Shown: positions 18,543 through 28,484 of the stretch, in pieces
Numbering within the stretch: position 1 is the stretch's first letter
Layout: the number at the start of each line of letters is the position of its first letter
NCBI GenBank assembly: GCA_001782805.1
Contig: MFPT01000004.1
Location: forward strand, 41,294-105,293
Reading direction: 5' to 3'
Origin: Candidatus Magasanikbacteria bacterium RIFCSPHIGHO2_01_FULL_41_23
GTDB taxonomy: Bacteria; Patescibacteriota; Patescibacteriia; Magasanikbacterales; UBA922
Length of the DNA stretch: 64,000 nucleotides
The notes under the pieces: generated by a model
Databases searched by the model: none
The model's input: the letters and a program-made list of their open reading frames with translations, nothing else
Told to the model about the DNA's origin: nothing
Made by a program: the position numbers and the translations under genes

Positions 18543-19847
18543 TCAATGAGGATAAATCAGGCTATTTTTTGCCTCAACAGAGCGCTGATGTGGATAACAA
18601 GTGGATGAAATAGATATGGCAAACAAGCAGAGTCCAATCCATGTGGTATATAAATAATGATCAAAAAAAGATAAAACGAAAATTGGTCCCAATCCCCAGA
18701 TTACGTTTTCTAATTTAAACCGCATATTTTTGGCTATAAAATATATAAACCACAGCCAAAAAATCATTCCAAAGATCCCCCATTCAACTAATCCCAATAC
18801 AAAAACGTTGTGAACAGGCTGAAGTTGCCATCCATTGAGTGCGGAATTTTGTTTTTGTAAAAAAACCGTAAAATTCCCTGGACCAGCACCAAAAAACCAA
18901 TTATTTTTAAATATATTCCACGCCTCGGCATATCCGATAACCCGTTCGGAAATCGAATTAACTTCATGTATTTCGACCATTGAAAATCTGGTTGTAACAA
19001 TCGGCCACAACAAGCCAAGCAAAACTAAAAAACTAAAGGCGGAAACAAAAACACCCAATGAAAAAAATGAATCCCGACATAATGGCTGGCGAAAAATCCG
19101 CCAATGTGAAAAAATAATCATAAACGCCCATGCCAGCCAAGCCGAACGACTAAATGATACCACCAATCCGACAGTTAAAATAATAAGAATAACAATAAAA
19201 AACCATTTTAATTTTTTTGTTTTAATTTGCCGGAATTTTTCTTCTGATTGCAAAAAAAATAAAATATGACTAATTACAATTACCATAAAACCCCCCAATA
19301 TATTGGGATGCGGAAATGTACCATACGCGCGCAACCAACGACCCGCGCTCGTTACAACTACACTGGCGCCGGCAATCCAACTAGAATGAGTCGTCGTCCC
19401 CAACAATGTTGATCCCCAAGTAGTTTGGCCAAAAAATTGTGCGATTCCCAAAACAGCCGGCACTATACTTCCAACAGCCAACCAAAAAATAATTTGTTGA
19501 TTATTTAAATATTTCTCGCGAATCAACATGCATAGTATCCCCGCTTCAATTATTCGACGAATAGTTTGAAACGCCAGCCAAGAATCGGACGCATGCCAAA
19601 TCATAACAAAAAAATAAATCAGCATGACAATAATTAACCCTGAACAATTAATTTTTTTATTAAACCAATGACGAATTCCCATCAATACTAACAGGATTTC
19701 AGTCAGATAAAAAATAATCGTGGCCTGTTGCCAAATACTCCCGCCGATAAACACCGTACTGGCGATAAACGCAGTTTGGAATGGCAAAAAAAACAAAAAC
19801 AAGCGCAACTCATTGGCAATAATATATTTGGATGTAAAAAATTTCAT
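18543..19847 (-). CDS. O-antigen ligase (WaaL/Wzy_C)-like polytopic membrane protein
   Basis: 434 aa, about 10 TM helices, with the FSRSAWLAWAF motif typical of the O-antigen ligase family. Confidence 0.65.
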   Translation of the reverse strand: MKFFTSKYIIANELRLFLFFLPFQTAFIASTVFIGGSIWQQATIIFYLTEILLVLMGIRHWFNKKINCSGLIIVMLIYFFVMIWHASDSWLAFQTIRRIIEAGILCMLIREKYLNNQQIIFWLAVGSIVPAVLGIAQFFGQTTWGSTLLGTTTHSSWIAGASVVVTSAGRWLRAYGTFPHPNILGGFMVIVISHILFFLQSEEKFRQIKTKKLKWFFIVILIILTVGLVVSFSRSAWLAWAFMIIFSHWRIFRQPLCRDSFFSLGVFVSAFSFLVLLGLLWPIVTTRFSMVEIHEVNSISERVIGYAEAWNIFKNNWFFGAGPGNFTVFLQKQNSALNGWQLQPVHNVFVLGLVEWGIFGMIFWLWFIYFIAKNMRFKLENVIWGLGPIFVLSFFDHYLYTTWIGLCLFAISISSTCYPHQRSVEAKNSLIYPH

Positions 19848-20806
19848 ATCGTGTTTTCTTCTACGTCAATGAATGTTGCTGGATGCGCGAGCCAGACATG
19901 CTGATACTCAGCTCGACGATCATCTTCATGAAATTTAAGCATGGTATTGGAAATAACCACGGCCGGCGGAATATTGTGCGGCTGTTTGGCAATACGCTTC
20001 AATTGGAAAGAGCGGCAAATATTTTCCAATCTCACGCCGATTTTATTTTGAATTATTTTTTCCAAACCGTGTTTTAGAAAACGCCAAACCGGATGCAAAA
20101 TAATTATTTTATCCGGATGAAATTTTTGTTTTACAGCAGCGTTCGGAATATATGCGTGCGTCCATTGATTCGCACTATGCAATTTCTCCAAAATTTCCGC
20201 TTCGTCAAAGATGGGCACCAATTGGTACAACCAATATGTTAAATAAATATCCGGCGCAGCAATGCGCACATCGGCCAAACTTAAATGACTGTCAGTCAAA
20301 TAAAAACTTAGGCAAATTCTGTCGGCAATATATTTTTTACCACGACGAACATTGCATAAACTGGCCATTCCGGTCACCAATAAACGCGCCAACCACAAAC
20401 GGTCGGTTTGTACTATAACCAAAACATCAATGTCACTGTCTGTTGTGGGCCAGCCCGCAGCCACGGTATTGCAAACAAAAATTCCCCGCACAAACGGCAC
20501 TGTTCCCAACAGTTTGGCTGCACGACGAGCTAGAGCCAATTTGGATTCAACCAAAAGTAAACTGCGCTGACGTTTTTCCGCGCACTCTTCGCGACCTGGT
20601 AATAAATAATAAGAAAAAACAGAGACACAATGACCATTGGTAACTGCATTTTCCAAGATGTTCAAAAACTCCCGCCACTGAATTTTTTCGGCCGGTTGCC
20701 ACAAAAAATCAAATAATTCTTCCGCTGTTAGCGGATAAGAAAATTGATCAAAGTAAGCCAATGTTCGTTTAATTGATATAAGAATATCCGCGCGCTCCAT
20801 AAACAA
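19844..20806 (-). CDS. Hypothetical protein with Pol-beta-like nucleotidyltransferase signature
   Basis: GTVPFVRGIFVCNTVAAGWPTTDSDIDVLVIV resembles the G[SG]...D.D motif of minimal nucleotidyltransferases. Confidence 0.4.
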   Translation of the reverse strand: MFMERADILISIKRTLAYFDQFSYPLTAEELFDFLWQPAEKIQWREFLNILENAVTNGHCVSVFSYYLLPGREECAEKRQRSLLLVESKLALARRAAKLLGTVPFVRGIFVCNTVAAGWPTTDSDIDVLVIVQTDRLWLARLLVTGMASLCNVRRGKKYIADRICLSFYLTDSHLSLADVRIAAPDIYLTYWLYQLVPIFDEAEILEKLHSANQWTHAYIPNAAVKQKFHPDKIIILHPVWRFLKHGLEKIIQNKIGVRLENICRSFQLKRIAKQPHNIPPAVVISNTMLKFHEDDRRAEYQHVWLAHPATFIDVEENTI

Positions 20807-20826
20807 AAATATCCGCGCGGCTCTGA

Positions 20827-21135
20827 TTAATTCTTAACTGTGCGCGCTGAACCGGACGTAACCGCGGGTTCGGTTTTAATCGTAAAAAAACGACGCGAAA
20901 CGCCTTTTGCTTGTCGACCAATCGCATCATCAACAATCATTTCCGTCATGGTGATAGAACGTACTTGAGCGCGGCTGACCAAATATTGCCGAGAACGTAA
21001 CAGCGATGAAATAATTGTATACTGTGTGATCATTTGATCATCAACTTCAATTTCAAATCCACGAACACGTCCGAGCACTTGTCCGGAAACAGTTTTAACA
21101 ATCAGACGACGAAGAGTTTTATCGGCAAGACGCAT
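20827..21135 (-). CDS. Hypothetical small protein, PRC-barrel-like
   Basis: 102 aa. The pattern VSGQVLGRVRGFEIEVDD resembles PRC-barrel proteins. Weak call. Confidence 0.35.
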   Translation of the reverse strand: MRLADKTLRRLIVKTVSGQVLGRVRGFEIEVDDQMITQYTIISSLLRSRQYLVSRAQVRSITMTEMIVDDAIGRQAKGVSRRFFTIKTEPAVTSGSARTVKN

Positions 21136-21136
21136 A

Positions 21137-21889
21137 TTATGAAACTATTTTTCCTTCAATTACTTTGTCGAGTTTGCCGGACGATGTTGAACGACGCAAG
21201 ATGTATTCTTGTTGCAAAGCGGTCAATACAGTGGAAAAAAACCAATATAAAGTAAGGCCGGCTGATAATTGCCAACCCACAATCACGGTCATGGCCGGCA
21301 TAAAATACAGCATTTGTTTATTCATCATGGCAGACATATTATTTTCTTCTCCAGGAGCCTTGACCGAAGTAGGAGATTTTTTGTTGATCATTGAGCGTGC
21401 TTGCCAGTATTGAGCCGCGCCGGCCAAAACTGCCATAACAATGCTCGGCTGATGCAAATCCAAGAATCCAAATGTGACTGTTTTGATGGTTCCGGGATTT
21501 TTTATAAATGGATACAATAAATCAAACTGGCCTGATTTGAGCACTGATTCCAAAACCCAGTACAAAGCAATAAAAATCGGCAACTGAATCAAAATGGGCA
21601 AACAAGAACTCAACGGATTAATTTTATGCTCACGATATAATTTCATGGTCTCCGCCGCCATCTTAGTTTGATCGTCTTTGTATTGTTTTTTTAATTCTTC
21701 CAATTTTGGTTGGAGTTCGGTCAAAGATCGTTGGGCTTTGATTGATTTGGTCGTTAACGGATACAATAAAATTTTTGACAAAATAGTTACCAGCAAAATA
21801 ACCACTCCCATATCGGGAATAAGCCAGTAAAAACCGACAAAAATATTAAAGATTGGTTGATAAATGAGCGTAGTGAAGAGTGCTTTCAT
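21137..21889 (-). CDS. yidC: Membrane protein insertase YidC/Oxa1 family (short form)
   Basis: 250 aa, 5 TM helices, conserved LPILIQLPIFIALY region. Confidence 0.85.
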   Translation of the reverse strand: MKALFTTLIYQPIFNIFVGFYWLIPDMGVVILLVTILSKILLYPLTTKSIKAQRSLTELQPKLEELKKQYKDDQTKMAAETMKLYREHKINPLSSCLPILIQLPIFIALYWVLESVLKSGQFDLLYPFIKNPGTIKTVTFGFLDLHQPSIVMAVLAGAAQYWQARSMINKKSPTSVKAPGEENNMSAMMNKQMLYFMPAMTVIVGWQLSAGLTLYWFFSTVLTALQQEYILRRSTSSGKLDKVIEGKIVS

Positions 21890-21894
21890 AAAAA

Positions 21895-23115
21895 TTAGTT
21901 ATCTTTCGGTTCATTTTCATTTACCGGTTCATTTACCGGTTCTCCACCAACCACCGGAGTATCGCCACCAATTTGTTCAACAGTAATTCTCCAACCCGTT
22001 AAATCAGTGGCCAAACGAACATTTTGTCCTTCGCGGCCAATGGCCAAAGAAAATTGATCGGGCTGAACACGCGCCAAAGCTTCTTTGGTTTTTTCATTCA
22101 AAACCACTTCGGTAATTTTTGCCGGAGATAAGGCGTTCTTGATATAGCCGATTGGATCATCGTTATATTGAATAACATCAATTTTTTCTCCGCCAAGTTC
22201 ATCGATGACTGTAGTAATGCGACTGCCGCGCTGACCAATACAAGCGCCAATCGGGTCAACATTGTCATCCGTTGTATAAACCGCAACTTTGGAACGATTG
22301 CCGGCATCGCGCGCAATACCTTTAATCTCCACGTCGCCATTCCCGACTTCGGGGATTTCTTGTTCAAAAACCGTTTGCACCATTCGTTTATCAGTACGCG
22401 ATAAGATAATTTCCGGACCACGCATACCCATATCAACCGAAACCACAAAAAATTTCAACCGCGCGCCCATTTTATAATGTTCACGACGAATTTGATCTGC
22501 TGGCAATACAAGACCGGTTACTTTTCCCAAATCAACAATCAATGATCCATTTTTATCAAAACGCTGGACAAAACCAAATACGATTGATCCTTGTTGTTTT
22601 TTGAAATCATCCATAACGGTCAAACGTTCGGCCTCGCGCAATTTTTGAATAATCACTTGTTTGGCAGTTTGCGCGGCCATGCGACCAAAATCTCCCGGAA
22701 CTTGCAACGGAATTATTAGTGTTTCGCCAACTTGCGCGTCCGACTTGGTAACACGCGCTTCAGTCACCATAATTTCGCTTTTGGGATTGAATTGTGCCAA
22801 ATCAGCCACTTCTTCATCGGACAATTCACGGTTTTCTTTGCGCGCTTGTTCACGGCGTTCATTTAATTCATTTTGCGCTTGCTCCAATTCTTCGACCGCA
22901 ATATCAATCACCACTAATTTTTCGTCCCACACTTTCATGTCACCGGTTTCCGGATCATACTTAACTTGAATATTTTGCTGGCGATTGCCAAAATCTTTGC
23001 GATAGGCCGCGCCAAGCGCTGACTCCAATGCTTCCAACACTGTTTCATAATTCAAACCCTTATCATCGCATAAAATCTGAATGGCTTTGGTAATTTCCGA
23101 CATATATAGTTTCAA
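21895..23115 (-). CDS. nusA: Transcription termination/antitermination factor NusA
   Basis: N-terminal domain (EALESALGAAYRK), S1 domain (LIVDLGKVTGLVLPAD), and two KH domains (GIARDAGNRSKVAV...GACIGQRGSRI). Confidence 0.9.
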   Translation of the reverse strand: MKLYMSEITKAIQILCDDKGLNYETVLEALESALGAAYRKDFGNRQQNIQVKYDPETGDMKVWDEKLVVIDIAVEELEQAQNELNERREQARKENRELSDEEVADLAQFNPKSEIMVTEARVTKSDAQVGETLIIPLQVPGDFGRMAAQTAKQVIIQKLREAERLTVMDDFKKQQGSIVFGFVQRFDKNGSLIVDLGKVTGLVLPADQIRREHYKMGARLKFFVVSVDMGMRGPEIILSRTDKRMVQTVFEQEIPEVGNGDVEIKGIARDAGNRSKVAVYTTDDNVDPIGACIGQRGSRITTVIDELGGEKIDVIQYNDDPIGYIKNALSPAKITEVVLNEKTKEALARVQPDQFSLAIGREGQNVRLATDLTGWRITVEQIGGDTPVVGGEPVNEPVNENEPKDN

Positions 23116-23221
23116 TGTTAATTAATTTAAAAAATAATGATAGATGATAAACAAAGGCCAGCTCTTATAAAGCTAGCCATTGTCAAGAGGATACCAGATG
23201 AATTATTTTTTGTCAAATTTT

Positions 23222-23590
23222 TTATTCGGGCAAAACATATTTAATGATCTGCACTTGTTTATTTCCTCGATTACAGTAAATGCTTATTTGTTCAAATAAA
23301 ATTGATGTGGACAAAATATTGACATTCCATTGTCGACAATAATACCGCGCGGCACGAGTAAGATGTTGTTTTTTGATAAATCCCACGGATCGCTCGGCAC
23401 TGCCGGTCCAGCCGCTTCTGGTTTTAACTTCAATAAATGAAATCGCGTCACTGTGCCGAGCAATAATATCAATTTCACCGGCCGCACATATAAAATTTTG
23501 TTCTAAAATATTGTAGCCTTGCCGTAATAAAAAATCAACTGCCAATTGTTCGCCCCATGATCCTAACTTTTGTTTTTTGTTTTGTGGCAT
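23222..23590 (-). CDS. yraN: YraN/UPF0102 family endonuclease-like protein
   Basis: 122 aa. GEIDIIARH...FIEVKTRS is the YraN signature. Confidence 0.8.
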   Translation of the reverse strand: MPQNKKQKLGSWGEQLAVDFLLRQGYNILEQNFICAAGEIDIIARHSDAISFIEVKTRSGWTGSAERSVGFIKKQHLTRAARYYCRQWNVNILSTSILFEQISIYCNRGNKQVQIIKYVLPE

Positions 23591-23600
23591 TTTTTGTTGC

Positions 23601-23628
23601 GACTGAAATAAAAATTTTTATTTCAGTC
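23601..23628. promoter_or_regulatory. 28-bp perfect palindrome spanning the stop codon of the methyltransferase gene, 10 nt upstream of the yraN start
   Basis: gactgaaataaaaatttttatttcagtc is its own reverse complement. Confidence 0.5.
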
Positions 23629-24198
23629 ATGACGAAATAAAACCAAACCGCGCAAATATTGATTGGGCATAAAATCATCTTGCACACCAAATTCATGCGC
23701 GCGCGCCCATTCCAGAACTGCGGAAAAGTTTAATTTTTTATCTTCTGTTGGTCCCAATTGTCCCAAACGACCGGTCCAATCCATAACCACAATTCGGCCT
23801 TTTGGTTTAAGTAAACGTTCAGCTTCGGATAATGATCCGGCCATATTCATCAAATGATGCAAAATATTAATCATAAAAATAACATCCAACGAACCGCGGG
23901 GAATGGAAACACCGTTAGCTCGTTCAATGTCTGCCCAGAGCGGATGAATATTTACAAAGGCTTCCATATCCGCGCGCTTTTTGATGAGTGTCAAAACTTC
24001 TTTCAAAATATCCACGGCATACACTACTCCATGCTCGCCAACGATCTTGGCTGCAGGAAAAACCATGTGTCCGGTACGACCGGAACCAAAATCCGCCACG
24101 TGCATACCAGCCTGGACATGCGCGCGTTCAAATAAATCACGAGAATCTACCAAAGCTGTGCCGGTGGTGTAAGTCATATAATTAGCGTGGCTGGCCAA
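23623..24198 (-). CDS. Class I SAM-dependent methyltransferase
   Basis: Motif I VADFGSGRTG, post-I VYAVDI, and Methyltransf_11-like length (191 aa). Confidence 0.75.
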   Translation of the reverse strand: MASHANYMTYTTGTALVDSRDLFERAHVQAGMHVADFGSGRTGHMVFPAAKIVGEHGVVYAVDILKEVLTLIKKRADMEAFVNIHPLWADIERANGVSIPRGSLDVIFMINILHHLMNMAGSLSEAERLLKPKGRIVVMDWTGRLGQLGPTEDKKLNFSAVLEWARAHEFGVQDDFMPNQYLRGLVLFRHD

Positions 24199-24427
24199 AT
24201 AAACTGCCGAATATGCTTATAGTGATTTCGCCCAGAGCGCCGGTTACGGCTAAAATCGCCAAAATAATTCCGGCTAAGCCGATTAATTTATACATTAAAC
24301 GAGATCCGCCGCCACCTAATTTTTCCTCGGCCCAATCACTGTGACCAAAATTTTCGAGAAACCATTCGGTTTTGATGACCATTAAACAGCCGATTACAAC
24401 GACGATTGTGGCGACGAAGTATTTCAT
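24182..24427 (-). CDS. Small hypothetical membrane protein (2 TM)
   Basis: 81 aa. Two hydrophobic helices flanking a GGGGS linker. Confidence 0.45.
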   Translation of the reverse strand: MKYFVATIVVVIGCLMVIKTEWFLENFGHSDWAEEKLGGGGSRLMYKLIGLAGIILAILAVTGALGEITISIFGSLFGQPR

Positions 24428-24440
24428 ATAATAAATTTTT

Positions 24441-24800
24441 TCTAAGTCTTAAGCAAACTTAGTTTATTCTAACTCTTAAGCAAAATTCAACGATATCCTT
24501 TTCTTCAACTGATAGTCTAACGGATTATGCATTCTAAACAAGTCATCATACTCAGCTTTCAGCAAAAGTATATTCGTCTCCATTTTGCTTATTAGTTTAG
24601 TTGAATGTTTGGGTGTTGCATTAGGGTAATTTCAGTAGTAGGTAATTTTGTTTTTCAGTAATGTGTATGAGCTTTCTTACTACTTACTTGGTTAAAGTAG
24701 ATTTAATATATCAATAAGGATAGAAACTAGGGAGAGGAGAAGAATAGCGAGTTTTACTGAAAAGAAAATTACCTACTACTGAAATTCAGTTGATTTAAAT
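24441..24800. repeat. Mosaic MITE-like intergenic repeat, copy C (left TIR plus a 180-bp inverted-repeat module)
   Basis: Left half is nearly identical to copy B. Right half (24610-24790) is nearly identical to copy D 40510-40690. It contains a ~33-bp inverted repeat aatttcagtagtaggtaattttgtttttcagtaa ... ttactgaaaagaaaattacctactactgaaatt. Confidence 0.85.
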
Positions 24801-24846
24801 TCCAAGATATACTAGTATTGTATCCTCTCGCAAAAATTTTATCAAA

Positions 24847-25809
24847 TTATTTTGAAATCAATCGTTTAAATTCCTCCACCATTGGCACTTGCTCCGATTC
24901 CAAACCATACTGTTCGGCAATCGCCACTGCAGTCCAGTCTGCCAAGACCAATGCCCAAGCCATTTTTTCGATTGCGCTTTGACCAATTAAATTAATTTCA
25001 ATAACTGGCAATCCGCGAGCTTCGTATAATTTTTTTAAAACAGTAAAACGTTTTTGAATTTGGGGATGATCATCGTCATCGCGCAAAAATATAAACGTAA
25101 ATCGTTCTGACAATTCACGTGTTGGCTCAGCCACATCAAAACCATTCATTTCATTGTGATTGAGTTCAGGAAGAATATTATAAAACGCGGGAATTTTGCC
25201 GGTTTCATTACATTTTATTTTCCAATTATAAGCAATTGATTTGTTTTGTCGAGACGCATAGATAATCGGCACCCGCTTGAACAATTGCTTAGCCAGACTT
25301 TTACCTGATTTTTCTAAATCGTTAATCGCTAAATTAGTTAAATTTTCCATTGCCACCAAATCAGCTTCACAACCCAACAATTTCATAAGCGCACGCAAAC
25401 TATATGCCCAAGCTGATCGCGGCTGAATTCCCGTATTGGGTAATTGAATAAAAGGAATTTGATGTGCACGCGCGAAATCCAACAATTGACCACCAATTGC
25501 AATCGCGGCCATATTATATCCTCTTTTTAATCCTTCTTCACTGACAGCTAAAACTTCTTCTGTTCCGCCGGAATACGATGACAAAATTATCAAGGTATTT
25601 TTGGGATCAAGAATGACTGGCAAACCATAATCCGAATAAACTAGCAAATCAATATCCGGACGCAAACGTTCCAAGGCATCGGCCGCCAAATGTGATCCGC
25701 CCATACCAACGACAACGAAACGAGTGTAATTTTTTGCGTGAAAATCTCCGACAATCTCCGGCTGATATAAAAATTGTTGCGGGAATAAACGAATCGCGTC
25801 AGACATCAT
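24847..25809 (-). CDS. Bifunctional phosphoglucose/phosphomannose isomerase (SIS-domain, archaeal-type PGI/PMI)
   Basis: SIS-domain motifs VVGMGGSHLAA and SYSGGTEE. 320 aa. Confidence 0.65.
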   Translation of the reverse strand: MMSDAIRLFPQQFLYQPEIVGDFHAKNYTRFVVVGMGGSHLAADALERLRPDIDLLVYSDYGLPVILDPKNTLIILSSYSGGTEEVLAVSEEGLKRGYNMAAIAIGGQLLDFARAHQIPFIQLPNTGIQPRSAWAYSLRALMKLLGCEADLVAMENLTNLAINDLEKSGKSLAKQLFKRVPIIYASRQNKSIAYNWKIKCNETGKIPAFYNILPELNHNEMNGFDVAEPTRELSERFTFIFLRDDDDHPQIQKRFTVLKKLYEARGLPVIEINLIGQSAIEKMAWALVLADWTAVAIAEQYGLESEQVPMVEEFKRLISK

Positions 25810-25810
25810 A

Positions 25811-26614
25811 TTATTTTTTTGTTTGATTAATTAAACCGGAAAGAATTAATTCCAAGAGCGCTAAGACCACCACGGTCGCGCCGGTCGGCAAATCAAGATA
25901 AAATGAAATTAACAATCCGGCCACCATGGCGATAATGGAAAATAAAACTGAAATGACCAAAGTAACTTTGAAACTGGATTTGAATTGCATGGCCGCCGTC
26001 ACCGGAATTACCATCAGTGCGCCAATTAATAACACGCCGACAATGCGCATCGCCACGGCAATGGTTACCGCCGCCAACATGATCATAAATAAATTCAAAG
26101 CCGGCACGCGCAAACCTTCAGCTGCGGCCAAATCTTCATTTAGACTGACTAAAAATAATTCTTTGTATAAAAACAAAACTCCAATTAACGCCACAATTCC
26201 CAAACCAACAATTAACCATACATCCCATTGCGTTACCGTAGTAATACTGCCAAACAAATAACTGAATAAATTTTGATTAAAGCGTTGATTCGCGCCCATT
26301 AACAATAACGCAATCGCCAAACTGCCGGACAAAAAAATCGCCAAAACCGATTCACCAAATAAACGCCGACTGCTGCGCAAACGCTCGATTCCCCAGGCCG
26401 CGACGATGGCCACTCCGAGAGCAGAAATAATCGGATTGATGCGCGCGATTAAACCAAGAGCAACGCCAACCAATGAAACATGCGCCAAAGTATCAGCCAA
26501 ATACGAATAGCGCCGCACCACTAAAAATAATCCGATCATTGGCGCAATCACCGCAATGACCAAACCCGCGCCCAAAGCGCGTTGCATAAAATCATAAGCT
26601 AAAAATTCCAGCAT
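25811..26614 (-). CDS. Metal (Zn/Mn) ABC transporter permease, ABC-3 family
   Basis: 267 aa, 8 TM, ZnuB/MntB-like. Confidence 0.8.
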   Translation of the reverse strand: MLEFLAYDFMQRALGAGLVIAVIAPMIGLFLVVRRYSYLADTLAHVSLVGVALGLIARINPIISALGVAIVAAWGIERLRSSRRLFGESVLAIFLSGSLAIALLLMGANQRFNQNLFSYLFGSITTVTQWDVWLIVGLGIVALIGVLFLYKELFLVSLNEDLAAAEGLRVPALNLFMIMLAAVTIAVAMRIVGVLLIGALMVIPVTAAMQFKSSFKVTLVISVLFSIIAMVAGLLISFYLDLPTGATVVVLALLELILSGLINQTKK

Positions 26615-26617
26615 ATT

Positions 26618-27766
26618 TTAGATTTGTTTTGTTGACCGATTATAATATTGAACAGCAATAATGGTGGACAAAGGCACGGCGACCACCAGAGCAATACTGC
26701 CAATAAGCGCTCGCACCACTTCTTCACTGATAAGTTCGGTATTGAGCGTCACCCACCACGGCGTGCTGTAGACAGTAAATAAAAGAAGTAAGGGAAATGA
26801 TGCGCCAACATAAGCTAAAACTAAGGTATTCACAACCGAAGTTATATGTTCCCGTCCAATACGCGCGGCGCGATTATACAATTCACGAGCAGACAATTGC
26901 GGATTGGCGTGTTTTAATTCCGCTACCGCCGCTACTTGCGCAGTGGTTACATCATCCAACACGCCGAGCACACCAATAATAATACCGCCGAGTAATAAAC
27001 CGCGCAAATTAATGGGATGTTCAGTGCCAAATTGCAGATAATACGCTTCTTCACTTCCCATGCCAAAAAGTTGTGTTGCCTCGACGGCAAAATACGCCAA
27101 ACCCATGGCTCCGGCAATAGTAATCATAATACTCACAAAGGCCAAACAAGTTTCCCGATTAAAGCCATGCGCCAAAAATAATGACGATGAAGCGATGAGT
27201 GCCGTGCCGATTATACAAACCACAAATGGATTGCTCCCGCTCGTGACTTGCGGAATAATATAAAAACCAATTATTACCATGGTTAAGGCTAAGCCAACAA
27301 ACGCCATTGCTCCGCGTTTACCGGCAAAAGCAATCGTAATTCCGGCAAATAAAATCAATAACCAACCAATGGCCGGCAAGCGAAATTGTTCGGTAATGTA
27401 ATATTGAGTTATCTCCGGCGTAATATTTTTGACAACGATTACTCCATCTCCGGCAGTCATTTTTTTGGCTCGTGATTCGCCGCGAATTTGATAATCAACC
27501 GTGACGATTTTATTTTTTTCCAAACCACTCACAATCTCAACTTCCAATTTTTGTGTGATCAAAGGTTCGCCAAGTTCAATTGTTTTTTCTTCGCTGATCA
27601 CCCACATCACTTTGCCACGAGCATAACTATCTTCGCTCCTCGGTTCGGCATTATCGGCTTGGACAAATCCGACAATTAAAAAAAGACCAGCCAAAAAAAT
27701 ACCCAACAAAAAACGAAATTTAAATGTGGTAATGTTCAACCACTTTGGTATCATGACCATACACAT
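26618..27766 (-). CDS. YibE/F-family membrane protein
   Basis: GMGSEEAYYLQFG and LDDVTTAQVAAV motifs. Polytopic membrane protein. Confidence 0.7.
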   Translation of the reverse strand: MCMVMIPKWLNITTFKFRFLLGIFLAGLFLIVGFVQADNAEPRSEDSYARGKVMWVISEEKTIELGEPLITQKLEVEIVSGLEKNKIVTVDYQIRGESRAKKMTAGDGVIVVKNITPEITQYYITEQFRLPAIGWLLILFAGITIAFAGKRGAMAFVGLALTMVIIGFYIIPQVTSGSNPFVVCIIGTALIASSSLFLAHGFNRETCLAFVSIMITIAGAMGLAYFAVEATQLFGMGSEEAYYLQFGTEHPINLRGLLLGGIIIGVLGVLDDVTTAQVAAVAELKHANPQLSARELYNRAARIGREHITSVVNTLVLAYVGASFPLLLLFTVYSTPWWVTLNTELISEEVVRALIGSIALVVAVPLSTIIAVQYYNRSTKQI

Positions 27767-28484
27767 CGTGTAAATATTTTTCCTTTTCAAAATTAGGCGC
27801 CGGAACATGACAAACTAAAGTTTTACTGACGCACAAAACATGTCGCACTTGACCAATAACCGCGTCCACATCATGCGATACCATAATAATCGTCATCTTA
27901 TTTTCTTGGTTAAGCTTCCTGAGCAAACGATCAAGTTGATCTTCCGCGGCACTATCTACTCCGACTGATGGCTCATCTAAAATTAATAATTTTGGTTCCC
28001 CAGCCAAGGCGCGAGCAATAAATACACGTTGACGCTGACCGCCCGATAATTGATCCAGCGGTCGATTGGCTAATTCGGAAATTCCCACCAAGTCCATCAT
28101 TTCTTCAGCCTGTTTTTGGTCATCACTATTAAATAAATGAAACAAACCACGTCGCCGAGTTCGTCCGCTCAAAACCACTTCATAAACTGTGGCCGGAAAT
28201 GAAAAATCCACTTGGGCAATATGCTGCGGCACATAACCAATTTCAAAATGGGTTTTGGCTGTGGCCGCGCTATGGCCAAAAATTTCGACTTGGCCGTTTG
28301 TTGGTTCAATCAAACCCAAAATTAATTTAAGCAGAGTTGTTTTGCCGCCACCATTGGGGCCAATGATACCGACAAAATCACCGACCGGAATTTCCGCGGT
28401 TACTGAATCCAAAACCAACGCGTTCGTATACGCAAAACCAACATTGTGCAAAGAGATACAAGTATTGCCGTGAGTTATTGGCAT
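27720..28484 (-). CDS. Metal ABC transporter ATP-binding protein (ZnuC-like)
   Basis: Walker A GPNGGGKTT, signature LSGGQRQR, Walker B LLILDEP. Confidence 0.9.
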   Translation of the reverse strand: MPITHGNTCISLHNVGFAYTNALVLDSVTAEIPVGDFVGIIGPNGGGKTTLLKLILGLIEPTNGQVEIFGHSAATAKTHFEIGYVPQHIAQVDFSFPATVYEVVLSGRTRRRGLFHLFNSDDQKQAEEMMDLVGISELANRPLDQLSGGQRQRVFIARALAGEPKLLILDEPSVGVDSAAEDQLDRLLRKLNQENKMTIIMVSHDVDAVIGQVRHVLCVSKTLVCHVPAPNFEKEKYLHDVYGHDTKVVEHYHI

